From NCBI GenBank assembly GCA_964016885.1, contig CAXHJY010001571.1:1-64000 (forward strand): 64,000 nt of DNA. The letters run 5' to 3'. The DNA comes from Eledone cirrhosa. Its lineage: Eukaryota. Shown here in pieces: positions 60,148-64,000 of this stretch. The notes below the pieces were generated by a model. The model had not been told where the DNA came from, ran no database searches, and saw only the letters and a program-made list of their open reading frames with translations. The position numbers and the translations under genes were made by a program. Numbering within the stretch: position 1 is the stretch's first letter; every line of letters begins with the position of its first letter.

Positions 60148-60237
60148 TGTGTCCGAAGAACCTGCAGATCGAGAATCAGACAGATTCATACAATGATCGT
60201 GTCTCGAGCTATCTGACGCCGAAACAATTGTAACACA
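60148..60237 (+). ncRNA. Hammerhead-like motif with long stem II (U4C)
   Basis: tgtgt-CCGAAGA-[~60 nt, cagatcgaga..tctcgagctatctg]-GAAAC-aatt-GTA-acaca, then aataaa. Confidence 0.55.
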
Positions 60238-60276
60238 CAATAAACGGAGTCCAGTTGCATCACTGATTTTTCGTTT

Positions 60277-60371
<95 letters not shown>

Positions 60372-60662
60372 AATGAAGTAATTCCGTCGGAAAAGTCCAG
60401 GATAAAAGAGTGCTCTATGTAAGAAACAGAGCTTAATTATTATTATGTAATAAACAACATAAGGCAATTATTCCATTTACCAGTGGTTTCTTAAAAGCAA
60501 AAGGTTTTGCTTTCAATCCTCAGAACGAAAAAATCCTGGTTTGTTTATTGAATTTGGATCTTAAAAACAAAAAAAGCAAGCTATATGAAAGTGAGGCTGG
60601 AGAAGGAAGAAGGAAAGGAAAAAAACAACAAAATAAGACTACCCATACAACCACACATACAC

Positions 60663-60725
<63 letters not shown>

Positions 60726-60923
60726 CATGCACACACACACACACACACACACGCATGTGTATGCGCACGCATGCACGCGTATACAAATATAAATATTTGT
60801 ACCCTGCGCGTATGCGCGCATGCACGCACACACATGTGTATGGGGGAAATATATTTATATTTGTATACGCGTGCGTGCGTGCGCGCATACACATGCGTGT
60901 GTGTGTGTGTGCGTGTGTGCGTG

Positions 60924-60962
<39 letters not shown>

Positions 60963-61188
60963 GTGTATGTGTGGTTGTATGGGTAGTCTTATTTTGGTTT
61001 TTTTTTTCCTTTCCTTCTTCCTTCTCCAGCCTCACTTTCATATAGCTTGCTTTTTTTGTTTTTAAGATCCAAATTCAATAAACAAACCAGAATTTTTTCG
61101 TTCTGAGGATTGAAAGCAAAACCTTTTGCTTTTAAGAAACCACTGGTAAATGGAATAATTGCCTTATGTTGTTTATTACATAATAATA
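60372..61188. mobile_element. Family B full form: ~750-bp palindrome with outward-facing hammerheads (60472-60529 minus, 61097-61154 plus)
   Basis: Arms 60438-60796 and 60851-61188 are near-perfect reverse complements. Confidence 0.9.
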
Positions 61189-61272
61189 TATATATATATA
61201 TCTAAAGAGAGAGAGAGAGAGAATAAGAAGATGCAAAGTAGTTTCAGATGTTAAAGTCCTTTAATGATAATG

Positions 61273-61345
61273 CTGTGATATATATTTCAATGACGACAGT
61301 GGCCACACTCTTCGGTGTACCCAGTGCCGTGACATCATCAGAGAG
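61273..61345 (-). ncRNA. Hammerhead-like motif
   Basis: ctct-CTGATGA-tgtcacggca..tgtcgtca-tt-GAAA-tatata-TC-acag. Confidence 0.55.
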
Positions 61346-61475
61346 TTTCTTACATAATAAGGTTATGTTTCCGAGGTAATCAAAATCAGGACCCCGACAG
61401 CTGAGCCCCGACCGTTTCAACAGTTCCGACCTAGCCGTTGAAACGACCAGAGCTCAACTGTTGGTGTCCTGGATT

Positions 61476-61510
<35 letters not shown>

Positions 61511-61514
<4 letters not shown>

Positions 61515-61862
61515 GTAAACAGAAATAACAACACAATCGGTACAGTGTATGGAAGGGATATATTAGGTTAATGCTTGATATAGCAGGAAGAGGGTCTTAT
61601 CGTTTCGGACGCTAGTCCTTCATCAGAAGAAAGTATGAGAAATAAGATAGATTGAGGGGATGGGCGGGTTGGAATTGGAAAAAACGTCTTTAGGTAAAAT
61701 TAAGAGGCCCATTCATTTTGACATGTCTTGCAAAACTGTTGGTGCTGGCCTTTTGTGTATGATTTGTTTTTTTAGAAAAGTGGATAATGGAGCGCGTCTG
61801 CCTGAAACGGAAAAAAACCGTTTTGTAAAAAGAGCTCTACTTGAGCACGTGACGTGCGTAAG

Positions 61863-61930
<68 letters not shown>

Positions 61931-62095
61931 TGTGTTGTTTTACGTCCGTACGAAGCTAAGAAGAAATGTGTGTGTATATGAGAGTAAAAGAGTGTGTGTG
62001 CATGTAAGTACGAAGATATGCGCAAAAGTATGTTAATATAAGGGTGTGTATACAGGACAGTGAAGGGAAAAGTGGAGTGAGCATATATTGTCGGC
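61511..62095 (-). mobile_element. Family A element, best-preserved copy (ribozyme at 61595-61630)
   Basis: tctt-CTGATGA-a-ggac tagc gtcc-GAAACGAT-aaga. Confidence 0.85.
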
Positions 62096-62739
62096 CTTGA
62101 GGTTGGAACAAAAACACCAATAGACCGATTACATTTTTCTAGTATTGAGTGCAACTATGTCTGGCCAAAAGCAATATTAATTAATTTCAGTTCCTCTTAA
62201 CATTGCGTAACGTCAATACACTGCAGATGCACTTGCAATGCAATTGCTTGTTGCACTGATTTACGTCAAACAGCTGCACATTTGAAAGCGATGTCAAATG
62301 TTCTACCTCCTCCTCTCGCTCTCTCTTTCTCATTTATTGGCAATGCCAGCAATCAATACATGTATAGCAGAGACTCAATAGTTGCAGACAATAGAATAGA
62401 ATCAATAAATGCATTTGAATGTTGCCAGGGTACACAGTTGGACAGCTGCGATGAGAATAGTAGTTGTTGCACTACATTTAATAGCTGTATCTGCAGCTAT
62501 TAACTTTGTCAATGCACTTAATTTGTGGCTACCATTTGCTGTAACTAAAACATGCTATTAACTACAACTTTTTCTACATTTGACAGTTTCATACGCAGCG
62601 TTTAAACACGCACACATACACACATATACATATATATTTATATATATTAAAGGGAAGTTTTCCCAAGTATCATGTACTTTGCTGAAAATGGTCTTACTAG
62701 TTTAAAACTGGTATAATCTCTCTCTCCCTCTCTCTCTCC

Positions 62740-62811
<72 letters not shown>

Positions 62812-62872
62812 TACATATCTATCTATCTATCTATTTATCTATTTATCTATCTATGTATCTATCTACCTTCTC

Positions 62873-63303
62873 GGTAGACGAGGTTAAAAGGGCTGATGTC
62901 AGACACCTTTCTCTCCGGCGAGGAACTTGATTCGTTTTTTCAAATATCATTTTGGAAGAAGAATCAGGATGGAGAGAGAGGTGCTGTACCCCACCACATT
63001 TTATAAAAGGTGGGTGAATGTGGCAACGATGGCCCGAGTGGTTGGGCCTTCTCTCTATATAAGCCTGTAGGTTGAGGAAAAAGAGGAAGAGAGGAAGGGA
63101 GTACTCACTCTTGGTGCTCCTGGAGATGAGGGTTGTACATTTTTTCGGGGTGTGTACAACCCCTGTGTAACACTTCCCCTCTATTGGGGATATCAATTGT
63201 TATTTGTTATTTTATTAATAGTTTTATTTTCATATACCTGTATGTAAATTGCCCATTTGTATTTGTACCCTTCTTCTATGCCCTTGTGGATAATAAAGAA
63301 ATT
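62873..63303 (+). mobile_element. Tx1 3' fragment with 17-bp TSD
   Basis: Similar to ~56610-57030; flanked by tatctatctaccttctc at 62856-62872 and 63304-63320. Confidence 0.85.
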
Positions 63304-63318
63304 TATCTATCTACCTTC

Positions 63319-63404
<86 letters not shown>

Positions 63405-63719
63405 ACAAGACACGAATGTGTTCAGGTATTATTTTATATTGGGTCATTTCCTTATCATTATTCCTTTATTTTTAGTTTGAACCAAGAGCAATCCAAAATC
63501 CATATTATCTTGTCAAGAACCTCTCGTCCTTATTCTCGGGATAAATTGATAGCAGTAGTGCTGCGTTGTTCGCGCGGTAGCTTACGTGAAATTTAGTATA
63601 AAATCTACCGGAACAAAGCCATTGAATTTGCTTTCTAATCCAGCATCGAATATTTTATCAGTATTTCTATAATACTTTGCGACATACGGCATGAGCAACT
63701 TGTCATTGCTACCATGGTT

Positions 63720-64000
63720 CTGTTTTAAGGATAAAACCGAGAAGATTTTGAAACGATAATAGATGAATGGAATTAGATATTACATTTTTCAAAACTAAAC
63801 AGAACACGGCTTAAGACGTGGAATTCTATCTCGCAGTTATATGAAAGAACCTAACAAAACAGCAAACTCTAAAGCTACGAACAATGCAAAGATCCCAGGA
63901 AAGGATCATGTAAAATGTCACGTGATGAGATCGAAAAACCGCCGAATGGATCCGAGAAAAGACTAAAAGTTCTTGACGTCCTAGAAATTATTAGCAAAGC
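63720..64000 (+). pseudogene. Decayed RTE-type RT C-terminal fragment
   Basis: KLRTMQRSQERIM..TAEWIREKTK.VLDVLEII read across frameshifts. Confidence 0.55.

Overview
Eukaryotic, extremely microsatellite-rich DNA with no host protein-coding exon I can support. The repeat content (CORE-like and Meta-like tRNA SINEs, RTE LINEs, very long (AT)n/(CA)n tracts) suggests a cephalopod such as Octopus; this is an inference. Almost all ORFs in the track are translations of simple repeats. The real coding remnants are all retroelements: a Penelope-like element (RT + GIY-YIG, 10.8-13.4 kb), an RTE LINE with an inverted 5' segment and C-terminal C2H2 fingers (16.6-19.3 kb), two R4/Dong-type 3' fragments, a near full-length Tx1/L1-clade LINE (51.5-57.0 kb) and smaller fragments. 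There are also mariner-, hAT- and piggyBac-type MITEs and a 35-bp satellite. The main hidden signal is about 25-30 type I hammerhead-ribozyme motifs (intact, variant or decayed) in at least 8 sequence families of short non-coding elements sitting in (AT)n tracts. Many are arranged as outward-facing ribozyme pairs at the ends of palindromes, and some carry recurrent core variants (U3:A8, U4C). All alignments, folds and coordinates were made by eye.
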